A stretch of DNA of 62,154 bases from Guillardia theta CCMP2712 (lineage: Eukaryota; Protista; Cryptophyta), in NCBI RefSeq assembly GCF_000315625.1, contig NW_005434564.1, positions 59,079 through 121,232 of the forward strand, written 5' to 3'. Shown piece by piece: positions 27,675 to 40,148 of the stretch. Under the pieces are notes generated by a model. The model was given only the letters and a program-made list of their open reading frames with translations. It ran no database searches and was not told where the DNA came from. The translations under genes were made by a program, and so were the position numbers. Each line of letters begins with the position of its first letter. Position 1 is the stretch's first letter.

Positions 27675-30600
27675 ATGGCAAGAGATATTATCAACGTTGG
27701 GGACAATATCGTTGCAGAGCTCGTTAGGCGGGGCGTAAACAAAGAGGCTGCTATTCGAGCTGTTCAGGCCACTAACAACGTAAGGGCTCTTGGCTCCTTC
27801 AGGCAGGGTGATGACATGGGCAACAGGCTGGGACTGATCAGGCACTTGATTGGGTGCGAAAACATTACAAACCATCTGGAGATTCTAGCGAACAAGGAAT
27901 AGCAAAGAGAAGAAACGATCATCACCGTTTGGGTGCAAGGATTGCAGGAGAAGCTCGCGAGGGTGGTGCACATTTGGAGGGTGGAATGCAAAGCAACAAA
28001 GAGAAGAGTCTTGAATTCTTAACGCATGCTCTCGCGGAGGTAAATATGCTGTATGCATTTGACTCTCTCACTCTTGGTAGGTTGGATTTAGCCCAGCCCA
28101 TGCTAGGAGGGCCTGCCTTGCCACTAACCTGGCTGGTGTTCCTCAAGCGATCGAATGGGCCCTTGCCCACCTTGATGAAGAGAACAACGCCTCGCAAGAA
28201 TTGCTCAATAGGCAGGGAAATTTAGTGAACAGAGATGTAGGATACAATGACAACCAAAATGACCAAGGATTAATCGTAGAATTGCCGGATGGAAAACTTT
28301 TTAGACTGTCCAATCCCAATGGCCGGGTCGTTGAGATGCCTAATGGAAGTGTTGTGGAGATGGTCGATGGCCAAGTAGTCGAGATGTCTAACGGTCAGCA
28401 GCTCGAGATGGTCGATGGCAGGTGATGTATCTCGTGCTGCGATGTGGTATCCTGTTTCGCTGACTGGAGTGCTGCCAGCTTGATTGAGATTCGACCAGCG
28501 TCGATCACTCTTGATGAGGGCGAGACTGTCGGTCATCGTATTCTTGATTTGGAGACCAGCCGTCAGGTTGCGATGGCGTCACGAGGAATGGGAAACCAGG
28601 CGAATATGCAAGTTGGAAACAGCGTTCCGAGTACTCCGATGAGACAGCAACAGCAGCCGGTCAATGATCCCGCGTTTGAGAAGAGGACTCAGGATCAAGA
28701 AGACAAGATCAGGCGACAGCAAATGCAGGCCAATGCCAGGGAAGAGCAGCTAAACCTCCAGGCACAGCAATTGTCTGAAAGGGACAAGGTAATACTAGAA
28801 ACTGTGTATGCCATAACTGTCTCTGACATGTTTTACAAGGCTATGGCTTCTAAGCAACAACAAATTGCTCAACATCAACAGGGGCTGAAAGAGTTAGAAG
28901 CCACTCTGCAGAAAGATCGTACTAAGCTGCAGAATGAGCAAGAGTTGCTTGAAAAGAGAGCCTCCGCACTGAAGCGCAAAGAGACCGAACTTCAAGCTAG
29001 AGAAGCAAAGCTTGAAAGAATGCAGCAGGAACTCATGAGGCAACGAGATCAGATCCGCAACATGGACAAGGAACTCAAGGAGCGCGAAGCAAACCTACAG
29101 AATGCGATGGCTAACGGTGCCTCGGCATCGTCCACGGTCAGACAAGTCACGGACTCAGGCTCTGATCGAGATGAGGTAGAGAAGGAGAAGTCGGCCATGG
29201 ACAACATTGAAGCCGGGCGGATCCGGTTTCAAGAGCTCACGCTTGGAACCCTGTTGGGAAGCGGAAGCTTCGCTGATGTTTACAGGTGACTTCGATGTTT
29301 ATTCGTTTGTTTCTTGACCTTGTTCGGTAGGGCGGAATGGCGTATGCCCTGTGCAGTCAAGAAGATGAAAGGCAGAATCAGTAAGGAACAGATGGCAGAG
29401 TTCGTTCGTGAAGGCGAGATGATGCGGTCGCTGAAGCATCATGGTAACAAAAGTCTCTGCATTGGAAGCGATGTCTGATGGTGAAACAGGCATTGTCAAA
29501 CTACTTGGTGTCTGTGTTGAAAACGGTTCATTTTACCTCGTCCAGGTGAAAAACAGACTTGTTTCTTTGCTTTGTCGTAACCGGCGGTGTTCGTCTGTTT
29601 CAGGAAATTGTTAATGGCCATGGCAACTTGTTTGACTACCTACACAAGAAGAACCAACGGTTGACCTACTGGCAGGTCTGTTTCCGTTGTTTCTGTCTGG
29701 TGCATGACGCCGTCCGTAGGTTCTGCAGATTGCGGTGGGCATCTGTGATGCAATGGCCTATTTGCACGAGCGACACATTGTACATCGTGATCTCAAACCA
29801 CAGAATTGCCTCCTTGTTAACGACAAAGGAGAGGTCTGCCATGCAATCTCCTCCACGTGTTGGGTCCTCACTGTTACCGAAAGGTCAAGCTCTGCGACTT
29901 TGGGTTGGCCCGTTTGAAGAACGCGGCTTTCGTTGAGACTGTTAGCAACACAGCAGGAACGCCGGCGTACCAGGTGGATCCCTCAGGCTGGAACTGTGAA
30001 CGTCTGACACAAGTCATAGGCTCCCGAGATGCTCCGTGACGAGCCGATCTCGGAGAAAGTCGACCTCTACGGGTTCGCTGTTATGCTATGGGAGATGTAC
30101 ACGGGGAAGCTGCCATGGTCGGACAAGAACTACCACCAGATGATTCACACTGTTGCTGTTCGCAACGAGCGCCCTCCCATCCCTCCTGAGACGCCGCGGG
30201 AGTTTGTTGCGGTGATCGAGCAATGTTGGCACCCTGTATGAAGCTCAGCAGCTAGTCGATTGTCGCTAACGGTGCTACAGGTCCCTCAGAAGAGGCCGAG
30301 CTTCAACGAACTCAAGACTACTCTTCGTGACCTGCTGAAATCGGTACACCGTCCTCGCATACCCCATCTGCTTTACTAAGATGTGCTCCTTGCCTTAGGT
30401 CCCGCAAGACATTCCTGTCCCCAAGGTGCCAAACAATCATTTCTCTCAGCAGAATCAGGTCAGTGGGATCAGGTTGTTGTTGATGGCCCTCTAACTCAGA
30501 TGCCCTTCAGGCTCGACAGAACCCCCAGCAGCAGCAGCAGCAGGTAACGGCTATCACAGTTTTGTCACCTGGGCCTGACTGTGCTTTCAGTACTACGTGC

Positions 30601-30745
30601 AGCACCAGCAACCAAGGGCGCATGGCGTCGTCCCTCAGTATCACGTCAGTTCCCTCCTCGACCTGTTACTCGCTCCCTCACTCTGAATACACAGGCTCCG
30701 TCCGCCCAGCCTGTTCTCTACGGAGGCTACCAGCAGAACTGGTGA
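27675..30745 (+). CDS. Multi-exon tyrosine-kinase-like (TKL) protein kinase with two N-terminal UBA-like domains, short repeats and a coiled coil
   Basis: Kinase motifs LGSGSFADVYR, CAVKK, HRDLKPQN, DFGLAR, GTPAYQ|APE, DLYGFAVMLWEM, CW..P.KRPSF. UBA-like: AELVRRGVNKEAAIRAVQATNN|AGTDQALDWV and ALAE|VGFSPAHARRACLATNLAGVPQAIEWALAH. Ends approximate. Confidence 0.88.
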
Positions 30746-30920
30746 AGCAAAGAGTAGGTTGTAAGTTGGAAAGCAGGTGCTCGTGACGACGGGATGTCCC
30801 TTTCCGTTTTTGGTTTATCAATTATGAGGATGTACTTTAACAAGTAGAAGGTGTGAAGAACCAACTCTGCTTCCTCCTCTTCCCTCCTCCTCGAGGTATC
30901 AGGAGGTAGCCCGGTATCCC

Positions 30921-33143
30921 TCAAGGCTCCTCCAGCTCTGAACGCATGGCACGGTCGCGGTCGCAGTACTTGAGAAGATCGAGGACAGGGCCCTGGAGGA
31001 GCCTGGTAACAGGCCGGCGGGAGAAGTAACGGTTGCTCTCCCCAGCTGGGTTGTGAGCGCCCGCAAAGAGGCCGTTGGCTTTTATGAGAAGCCTCTCGCG
31101 CTCCTTGAGGTAGACGCGCGCGAGGCCATGGCGGTCGTGGGTCTGGTTGTGAAACCGATCGATGGCGGAGGAGAGGCGAGCGATGCGGTTGAGGATGGCG
31201 GCGAGCTTGTTCTCGAGGCGGCTCCTCATGCTCTTGAGCTCGTCAATCTTGCCTATCACCCCTCTCAGCACGTGCCCTTGCTCCCCGCCCATGGCCTCCT
31301 CCATCCTCGTGCGCAGAACCTGCGCCGCGTAGAGTCGCGTGAGGTGCATGCAACGGATGTCAAACCGGCGCTTTGACGCTGCGATCTCCGACTTGCAGCG
31401 GGTGTTGGCCTCGTACAAGTTCTTGATGGCCTCAATCTCTCCCTCCAGTGTCTTGGTCGGCTTCTCCAGCGCTCTGCTCAGATCCTCCACCTCCCTCCTC
31501 GCGTCCTTCACCTCCTGTTGCAACCTTGCACGATCGATGTGCATCTTGTTCTTCGCCACCATCAGCCGCATCTCCTCCTCCTTCACCTCCTCCTCCCGCG
31601 CATCCAGCGCCTTGTGCGCTGCCGCCGCCTCGGCCGCCATGGCTCCCATCTTGCTCCCGATCTCTGCGATCCTCTCGTTGGCTGACTCGCGGGACTTTAC
31701 CCGGAGGTCCTGGACGGACTGCAAGCCAGAGCTCCACATCCTCACGCTCTTCGCCTGCCCGCTCTCTGCGTCAGCGAGCAGCTGCCGCTCGTACTCTCCC
31801 TGGGACTTGGCGATACTGAGGGCGTAGAGGAGGGAGGAGTTCTTCATCTCCAGATCCTGCAGCGTCTTCTTCCTCCTCTCCCTCTCCTCCTCCAACTTCT
31901 CCCTCCTGGCCAGGAGCCCTTGCTGATACCTCCTGGAGTCTGCTATCGCCTCCTCCAACACCTCAAGGTCCTGCAAGCCCCTTGACATGCTTTCGGTTGT
32001 GACCTGACGGGTCTGAATCTTGTCTAGCACGCACCTGGACAACTCTTCTATGTTGTCTTCGTACGCGCTGACCAGCTTGCTGTAGGAAGAGCTGGACAAG
32101 TCAGGGCCCTTGCTCGTCGAGGTGCTGGGTGAGGAGTAGCTGAGAACCTCCTTCATATGAAGGGCCGAACGCCGGTGCTGCTCAATGCGGGCATACACCT
32201 CGCCCTCCTCGCTCTCTATCCTCCACTTCATCTTCTCGTTCTCCATCATCTTCTCCCTGGCCTTCAGCGTCCTCTCCTGCACCATCGCGATCCTCTCGTG
32301 CAGCTCCTGGCACGTCAGTCGCTGCAGGCCCTCTTGCTCCGCCTTGCCCGCCACGTTCTTGATCAGCCTCGTCTCCATGCTCCTCATCCTGGCCTGCACA
32401 TCCTCCAGCGTCAACCTCAGACTCTCCCGCTCATCCTTGAGCGACGTCACTCGATCCGACGCTTCCCGCAGCGATCGCGCCGCCACCTTCGCGTCCTTTC
32501 CCAGGGCCCGGCGCTGACGTTCCATCGACCTTAGCAGGCCATCAGCTCGGACGATCTCAGACGCAAGCTGCATCCTCGGCCTCCCCCGCACCAGCGTCAC
32601 CCTGACGACCTTGCTCAGCTCGGGTCGCTCCTTGTGTATCACCCGCCCGAACGTGAGGGTGACGGTCGAGCCGACGGGCCCGAGGATCCTCCCGACGATC
32701 TCCTCCTCCTCCATCTGCTCCACCAGGCTCCCTTCCACCGCCATGAGCACGTCAAAGAGCTGGACGTCTCCCTGCACATAGGCGGAGGAGCCGACCTCGA
32801 TCTGCCGCACGTGCCACCCGAGCACCTTGTGCTCGTCGTCCCGTTGTAGAACGATCCCGACCCCGCCGACCCCCAGCTCCTGAGCTGCTGTGACTGCCAT
32901 CGAGCCGGCCTCCTCCTCTGCTCCACCCGCCTTCAATGACAGGGCAGCAAAATTCTCCAAACCACCCATCGCACCATTGCCTCTCCTTGTGCCTTCCATC
33001 TTGACCTCCTCTCGGTTCCCTTGAGGTAACTTGGGACTAAACTCGTTCGTCCCTTCCTCTTGCCTCGGATCCTCCTGGGCGTCAAGACCTTGCCCCCCAG
33101 TCAGACCACGGAAGGAGCAGGAGGAATGGGTGTGACTGAGCAA
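30921..33143 (-). CDS. PDZ-domain and long coiled-coil protein (one long ORF; true start uncertain)
   Basis: 740-aa ORF with GVGIVLQ..VGSSAYVQGDVQLFDVLMAVEG..RILGPVGSTVTLTFGR (PDZ), followed by an E/K/R/L-rich helical region. Confidence 0.82.
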   Translation of the reverse strand: MLSHTHSSCSFRGLTGGQGLDAQEDPRQEEGTNEFSPKLPQGNREEVKMEGTRRGNGAMGGLENFAALSLKAGGAEEEAGSMAVTAAQELGVGGVGIVLQRDDEHKVLGWHVRQIEVGSSAYVQGDVQLFDVLMAVEGSLVEQMEEEEIVGRILGPVGSTVTLTFGRVIHKERPELSKVVRVTLVRGRPRMQLASEIVRADGLLRSMERQRRALGKDAKVAARSLREASDRVTSLKDERESLRLTLEDVQARMRSMETRLIKNVAGKAEQEGLQRLTCQELHERIAMVQERTLKAREKMMENEKMKWRIESEEGEVYARIEQHRRSALHMKEVLSYSSPSTSTSKGPDLSSSSYSKLVSAYEDNIEELSRCVLDKIQTRQVTTESMSRGLQDLEVLEEAIADSRRYQQGLLARREKLEEERERRKKTLQDLEMKNSSLLYALSIAKSQGEYERQLLADAESGQAKSVRMWSSGLQSVQDLRVKSRESANERIAEIGSKMGAMAAEAAAAHKALDAREEEVKEEEMRLMVAKNKMHIDRARLQQEVKDARREVEDLSRALEKPTKTLEGEIEAIKNLYEANTRCKSEIAASKRRFDIRCMHLTRLYAAQVLRTRMEEAMGGEQGHVLRGVIGKIDELKSMRSRLENKLAAILNRIARLSSAIDRFHNQTHDRHGLARVYLKERERLLIKANGLFAGAHNPAGESNRYFSRRPVTRLLQGPVLDLLKYCDRDRAMRSELEEP

Positions 33144-33744
33144 CTTCTCCTAGGACCAGGACGTTGACCAGGAGAGAAGTCGACTTCTCTTCTCCCTGCT
33201 TCTCTACCTCCCGCACACCAACGATCACCCACTGCCTCCCTATCAGTCCAGCCAACGGGCAACCGTGAATGCTGAGGCGAGTTCCTGTTTGAGAAGCCTT
33301 AGTACAACTTGAATGGCCTCGTAGTGCTTGGAACTTGAACTTGTGACTTAGTAATGGCAGAGTGTCACGGTGGCCGGGCTGGGTGACTGGGTGATCCGAG
33401 TACAACCCACGACTAGATCGAATGATTCCGGAGCTCCATTGACCTCTGATCGCGCCAACCAGCCTTCAGCATCACATCGCAACTCGTAGCTCACTGCTGC
33501 AGCTCAGCGGTCGCCAGTAGCACTCACGGTCACGCTGTCACTGTCTGCACTTGCAAGGAGCCTCTCTCCTTTTAGAATGGTCCAATCATCCTCACGCACG
33601 TTTCCGAGACAAGATCTTCCAAGCTTTTCTCTCCTCTCAGGACCGTACGACGGTCTCCGCCGGTCGGTGACCGTATGCGGCCCAGCCCGAATCGCCCTCC
33701 GGCTTCAACGGCGGGAGTCCTGCCCTCACAGAGTCAGGCTCCTC

Positions 33745-34175
33745 CTCCTCCTTATTTCCTTCTGCTCAGACTACTCGTTCCGAGTCTCGTCCTGGTCCTC
33801 GTCCTCGGACAACCAACTCGTTCTTTCCTCCTGCTGCTGCTTTCCTTCTGCTCTGACGACTCGTCATCGTCCTCGTCATCGTCCTCGTCCTCCTCGTTCG
33901 CTCCTCCACCTCCTCCTCCTCCTTCTTTCCTTCTGCTCGGACTACTCGTCCTCGTCCTCGTCTTCGTCCTCGTCTTCGTACGGTCCTCGTCCACCTCGTT
34001 CTTTCCTCCTGCTGCTACTTTCCTTCTGCTCAGACTACTCGTCCTCGGACAACCAACTCGTTCTCTCCTCCTCCTCCTCCTCCTCCTCCTCCTCCTCCTC
34101 CTCCTCCTCCTTCTCCTCCTCCTCCTTCTCCTCCTCCTTCTCCTCCTCCTCCTCCTCCTCCTCCTCCTCCTCCTC
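33745..34175. repeat. Composite pyrimidine-rich repeat
   Basis: TTTCCTTCTGCTC(A/G/T)GAC four times and CTCGGACAACCAACTCGTTCT twice, embedded in (TCC)n/(TCG)n. Confidence 0.75.
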
Positions 34176-34526
34176 GATCCCACGGGCCGCTCGCCGCGTT
34201 TAGCTGATCGGACCAACAGAGCAATGACGCATAACGGTTTCTGTTTTTGTAACGATTTCATAACCGCCCATGAGGGAAACCGCGATGAAGGTAGACCAGT
34301 TCGGATGACCTACCCCCAGTATCTGAAAGAATCTACTTGGATAACCCCCTATTTATCCCAATAGTACCCCCACATTCCATATGAGTAGGCATGCTTGGAA
34401 ACAGACCACCCCACCGCTACAGAAGGGATTTTTGGCGGCAATGTCTATGCAGCGAATGGAGACAGGAGGGAGGAAGAGGAAGAAGATGAGGGAGAGAGAG
34501 AGGGAGAGAGAGAGGGAGAGGAGGAG

Positions 34527-34575
<49 letters not shown>

Positions 34576-35232
34576 TGGACGAGGGAAGAGAAGGAGTGCA
34601 GGGAAGAAGCATGAGGAAAAGGAAGCGCACAAACGGTGTGGGACAACCATGGCGGTAGTCAGAGGAGAAGTTCTAGATATGCTGAGGACAGAGGAAGCAG
34701 TACAGTGCGATGCCATGACAGGAGGATAAGACCGCATCGATGAATGACTAGTGGAGAGGAGGTAACAGGAGCTTGAATCGCAGAGTAGTCTTGCGGATCA
34801 GATCTCTTGCGCACGGTCTAGTGTATGCCTGTCAAAGTCAGCAAGACGCTGCATCTATATCGTAGAGATCATAAGTTCAACCTAGCAGCGGATGTTGCTC
34901 CTGCGTGACTCCTTTACTCTCCTTAGGCTCGAGGAGGGACAGCAAAGGAGAGATGCGCTGACCTGGGCACCAGACATGTGTCTCCCATCATCATAGTCAG
35001 GTAGATGGCAATCTTTGCTCCCTTCTCTTCCTCCCTACCTACCTATTTACCTAACTACCTCCCTCCATCCTCCCTCCCTCCCGCCCCCGCTCCATCCAAC
35101 AATCCATTTATGCCCTTTTTCTCGCGTCTCCTCTCCCTCTCACCCCTCCCACCTTGCTCGCTCTCTCCCTCCCTCCCTCTCTGATGTTAACATCTCTTCT
35201 TCTACCTAGCTCGAGCTGGTGCTGCCGACACC

Positions 35233-37835
35233 ATGAAGAAGGTGAACAGGAACCCGTCGGGCTCCAGCAAGCGGACGGTGAAGCCAGTGGCTACCACGTC
35301 GCCAAGGTGAAGCTGCATTCTACCGTAGCAACATCCTTTCTTCATCTCGTCGCCCTCTCTTGGTCTGACTCCTCTGATCGACTTTGTTTTCAGGCCCTCG
35401 ACAGCCTCGAGCTCAGCTGCCGCCCGAGAGCTAACGGACAGGGCGAACTTCGTGCAGGTCAAGAAGCTGGTCTCGGCATTCTACAAGACTCCGCAGGAGC
35501 TGAAGATCCCGGGATGGGACAGGGAGGCGTCGAGGCTGCAGCTCTTCATGCATCCTTGTGACCTTGTCCCTGCTGTGGAGGCAGTGAGCAGCGTGGTGGA
35601 GCGAGGAGGGGCGACGTCGATGAGCCTCGTGGTTACGGTGGAGCGGAACGGCCCGCTCACCCTGTTCTACCGGAGGAAGTGCGAGATCAGAGAGAAGAAC
35701 GTTCTGACTGCCGTGGAGCAGCCGGAGATCGTGCCGGTCGCCGCCATGAAGTTGATGAAGACCATCAACAAGTCGCTCGCCATGCACAACCTGCAGGTCC
35801 TCGAGCTGGTAGGGCTCGAGATCCCGTCGCCAAGCATGGTGGAGCTGGCCCAAGGGCTGTCGTGCAACAAGAGCCTGGCCACCGTCTGCTTCAATGACTC
35901 TGAGATCGGAGACAAAGGCCTCCTCGCCGTGCTGCCCTCACTGCAAGATCACCCCAAGATCGCCCGGCTCCAGCTCTGCCGGACTGGCATCACGGACGTG
36001 TCGGGGAGGAAACTCATGGAGATCCTGAGGGTTCAAGCTGAGCGGCAGACTCTGCTGAAGTGGGAGAACAGCCTCAGGAAGGAGGCGCAACCGTCAGCCC
36101 ACGGGGGAGGCGTCAGAGTCATCGCCGTGTCCCATAACGACCTAGGATCGGAGACGTTCCTGGCCCTGGTCAACGTGCTGGGGCTTGAGAGCAGCCTCAA
36201 GGAGATCTATGCCAGAGGCTGCAACCCTTGCCTTCAATCTTCCAATGAACTCCAGCGATGTCTCGACGATACCACGGCGATACGCGTGAAATATCCCCCC
36301 AAGACACATTCTCCCTCCCTTGAATCCCTCTCCTGAGCCCCTTGCCCTTATTGTCTTCCTCCCTCACTTCCTGATTTCTTTGTCTCCATGCTGAACCATC
36401 CTGTCATGGCTGTTGTGGTCATTCATTTGCTTCCCGTTAACCTTGTCTCTATGCCCCAGATGTCTCTTTTCTCTCCTTCTGGCTTTATCCCCAACTTGCT
36501 GACTCTCCTCCCCTCACGCCTCCTCTCACGTCTCCTCCCGACCAGCTCACGTCCTTACCTCCCTCTTCATCTTTAAGATGGGGTACAGTGACATTGTGTT
36601 CAGATCTTCGACCTGCGAGAGGCGAGGAATGTACCGGGATGGATCTACGACGCGAGATCCCATACTTCCCTCATCTTCGAGAGGTCCGATCTTGGCCAGC
36701 ACAGCTGCTCCGTGTCCAGCGAAAGTTTGCAGGTTAGCGGCAAGTCACTCGACCGTCGTTGTTCTAATTTGTCGATTCGTAGGAGACCTCGCAACCAGTG
36801 ATCCCTGATCCTGCAAGGAACCGGGATCCTGCAAGCTATGATGGCCATGGAGCGAGAAACGATGATGTGGCAATGGGTTACGAGGTCAATCAAGAACATG
36901 AATCGAAGATCTTCATCCGCAGAAAAGTTCAAAGTGAAGAGGTGAGGAGTTTCTACAGCACAAGTCTCTTGATGCGACTGAACTGCTTCATCACAGTGGA
37001 ATGACGACGGAAAGTATGTCAAGCACGATCAAATATCGAGACAACTGCGTTCTACCTTGCCAGCCGAGGTCAGTCTATCGACTCAAATTTCTCCATCTCA
37101 CTGCCGTGTAAGCTTGCAAGAGAGATCAGAAGCCTGTCAGACGAGCTGAATGCCAGCAAGGGGACAGTACGAGGTGAGCTCTCAAAAGTTCCATAGTGGG
37201 TGATCTTGACAACTTGCGTTCAGGAATCCCCCGGCAGAGGAGCTGCGAAGACTTGCTCGGTGACTTCGCGCGCAGCGCAGCCAAACGTCGACCGTTCCGC
37301 ACGCAGCTGAAGAGGGTCGACTGTCTGCTCGACGACCCGTGGGTGAACTTGGCCGGATCGAGGGAGGAGGATCCGGCTTGCCGCGCGCTCACAGTCAAGG
37401 AGGCATGTGACGCCATTCGGGAGATGAGGAGCATGTTTCGGCGGCAGGTTTTTGTCTACCTTGTGTGGGTGACACGGTTTGAGGTGTGCTGGACAGAACG
37501 TTGCGCTGCTAAGGGCTCACCAGGAGCTGATTACTGCAAGGCTGGACCGTCAACAACGAGAACAGGGGAGGGGAGACGAGCTTGACTCGTCCGATGACGA
37601 GTGGACCAAGTCTTTGGAGAGGACCATTGGAGTGATTGCTGAAAAGGTAGAGGCTCTGGAGGCAGCGCGAGATCGCAAGGAAGGGAGCAGGGAGCATGGT
37701 CAGACGTTGAAGTTGCCGCAAGAAGATGTGGACTGTAGCATACAGAGCTCCAGGGGAAGCAGAATGTCCGATTCCTTGGAGCTGGTGGCTGGGAGGCTGG
37801 AGGAGATGTGGGGAGGAGATTCGGAGGAGGACTAA
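35233..37835 (+). CDS. Multi-exon RNI-like leucine-rich-repeat protein, CEP78-like
   Basis: ELAQGLSCNKSL..IGDKGL..LQLCRTGITDVSG..ILRVQAERQTLLKWENSLR..VRVIAVSHNDLG. The inserted WxxSLR helix between LRRs is characteristic of CEP78 (recalled similarity). C-terminal exons uncertain. Confidence 0.65.
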
Positions 37836-37891
37836 GTCTATGTTGGACCTTGTACATGATGTGAATACTTGAAAACAATGCCCTGCGACTC

Positions 37892-39564
37892 TCATCGGAA
37901 TTCGAACAAGGCCTTAGGTGACTTGAGAGCGCTTGCAAGGGTTGGGGAGCGAGGGCTGAAGCTGATGGACCTCGGAGTAAAGCCAGGGCTGATGGCACAG
38001 GATCAGACGCGAGGTAGGAGCAGAGGTTCCACATACCTTGACGAGGACCGATGATCGCGGATGTTGATTGCCTCCGTCCTCCGCAAGACGACGCGCTTGG
38101 AGGAGGAGAACCCTAAAGACCCTTTCCTCACGTCCAGGATCACTGTAGACCCCACAGGCCCGTTCAAGAGCCCCAGGATGTCACTGGAGGAGAGGTCGTG
38201 CAAGGGGATGCTGTCAACAGCAAGAATCTGATCGCCAGGGATAAGCTGGTTGGACAGATGCCTCTGCTGTGTCTGTGCTACTACAATCCGCTCCCCTCTC
38301 CGAGAAAAGAGGATTGGAACAGATGCCGTGTGCTGCCGAAGCAGGGGAATGCTTGCTTCCTGACCTTCAGCCTTCCGTACAGTCAAGCTGACTTGAGAGC
38401 CGTCGGTTCCTTCAAGCTTGTCGTGTATCGTGTCTACTGTACAGTTCGCCACTTCTTCATCGTCAATGCGTAAAACGACATCTCCAACGTCCAACTTCTT
38501 GCAATGCCATGCTGGGCTCCCTGCCACGATGCGGTCGATTGCTGGGCCCTTGTCGCTGCTGCTGATCAACAGCCCGACACCAGCTGGGGGAGAATCTTGA
38601 GCGGAGGAATCTCGACGAGGAGTAGCGAGGACTTCCGATGTGTCCAGATCTGGATCCTGTAGGTCGACTCAGCAAGTTTGCGGGGTCAACAGCAAGTTAC
38701 CAGCTTGGTGGACACGTCGATCTTGACTGACCACTGTGCCTTAGGCGAAGCCTCCCTTGCCGCCTGCGGGCTCAGCCACGTGCAGCTCCTGTCCAGCTGA
38801 CTCTGAAATGGACGAAGAGACTGGCTGGAGGGGTCAAAGAAACAGATCAGAGTGTCGCTGCCGCCCTCCGCTGCTAGCACTCCCTTTGCTGCCTTCTCCC
38901 CGAAGACATCTCCAGCTACGAACTTGCTGGGCTTCCCCTGCCCGTTGGCTACGTAGCCCTCGATCACCATGGCGGTGGCGGGCCTCTTCCAATCAATGGG
39001 GAACGAGATCTTCTCGCCCCGACAGAATCGTTGGAGGGAGCAGCAGACAATGAAGTTCTGCAGCTCCAGGTTGCTGAGACGCGAGAATATCTTGCTCTGA
39101 CGGAGGAACTTAAAGGTCACCTTGGTCGCATCGTGCTCATCAGACCAAGACGGAGACGTCTGGCTGGTAGCCTCCTCAGACTCGTGGGCTGCCTCGTCGC
39201 TGTCAGTGGTTGACGCGTTCCGCTCGCTGCCTGTGGAGTCAGGGCTGTTCATGAACTCGTCGAGCCGGGAGATCACGGGGAGGCAGAGAGCGTTGGAGAA
39301 CTCAGTGAAGATCCTGGGGGTGACAACGTCCTGGTCGTCCTCCTCATGGATGGGAGAGAGCTGGAAACTCACCTCCGCCTTGTCGTGGCTCGACTGGCAT
39401 GCAAGCGTGCTGTTGGGGATGGCTGGTGACTTGGAGAGGGATGCGAGGCACTTGCGGAGAGTGGAAGCGACGATGGGAGCTGAAGGGACCATGGGGAGGT
39501 CTTCGACGAAGTCGACCATCCTGTCGACCCTCGCGATGATCAGGCTCCATGTAGTTGAGGACAT
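37892..39564 (-). CDS. Degenerate cyclic-nucleotide-binding-like domain plus two PDZ domains
   Basis: cNMP-like: FLRQSKIFSRLSNLEL..F.RGEKI..GDVFGE. PDZ1: GVGLLI..IDRIVAGSPA..LDVGDVVLRID. PDZ2: PGDQILAVD..LLNGPVGSTVILDVRK. Short introns near 38670-38700 and 37970-38035. Confidence 0.75.
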
Positions 39565-40110
39565 GACGGTGAGGAGGAGAGGTTCTTTGCTGGCGCGGGG
39601 ACTCGAGTAGGGTCAGCTACAGTTTCATCTCCTCCTGCAAACTCGCACGTTATAATGTCAAGTGTTGGTGCATGACCCTCAGCTCAGCTCAGCTCAGTTT
39701 TGATGTTTATCCTCCTTAACATGAGACCCCGATCCAATCTCACTGTCTCTGTCTCTGTCTCTGTCTCCTCTTCGTTGCCCCACCGCTCTACTTCTCAACA
39801 CTCTCCTTCTCAGTCCTCCCCCACTCTCGCCTTGGAAAACGGTCACGACGAGCCTCCTCACCCTTGGAGCATCATCTTTCCTACCTGCATTGCAAGCAAT
39901 GCACTTCCGATCTAAAACTGCATCTGTGATGGTAGCCCTTCTTTCCCATCACTTCTGTCCTGAATGACCATATTCTCCTGTCTGCCTTCCACATACCACA
40001 CGTCTCCATGACCACCTTTCTTCTGCCCCCTTTCTTCTGTTCCATTTCTCTCCCCTCCTTCGCTCCATTGTTTTCCTCTTGAGACTTTGACCTTTAAAGA
40101 TCCATCCCTC

Positions 40111-40148
<38 letters not shown>

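Noticed and set aside
31053-32926. Several + strand ORFs overlapping the PDZ/coiled-coil gene
   Set aside because: Antisense shadows of a GC3-rich coding region.
33745-34175. Spaced repeats resembling CRISPR
   Set aside because: The spacers are low-complexity TCC/TCG runs of variable length and the repeats are degenerate.
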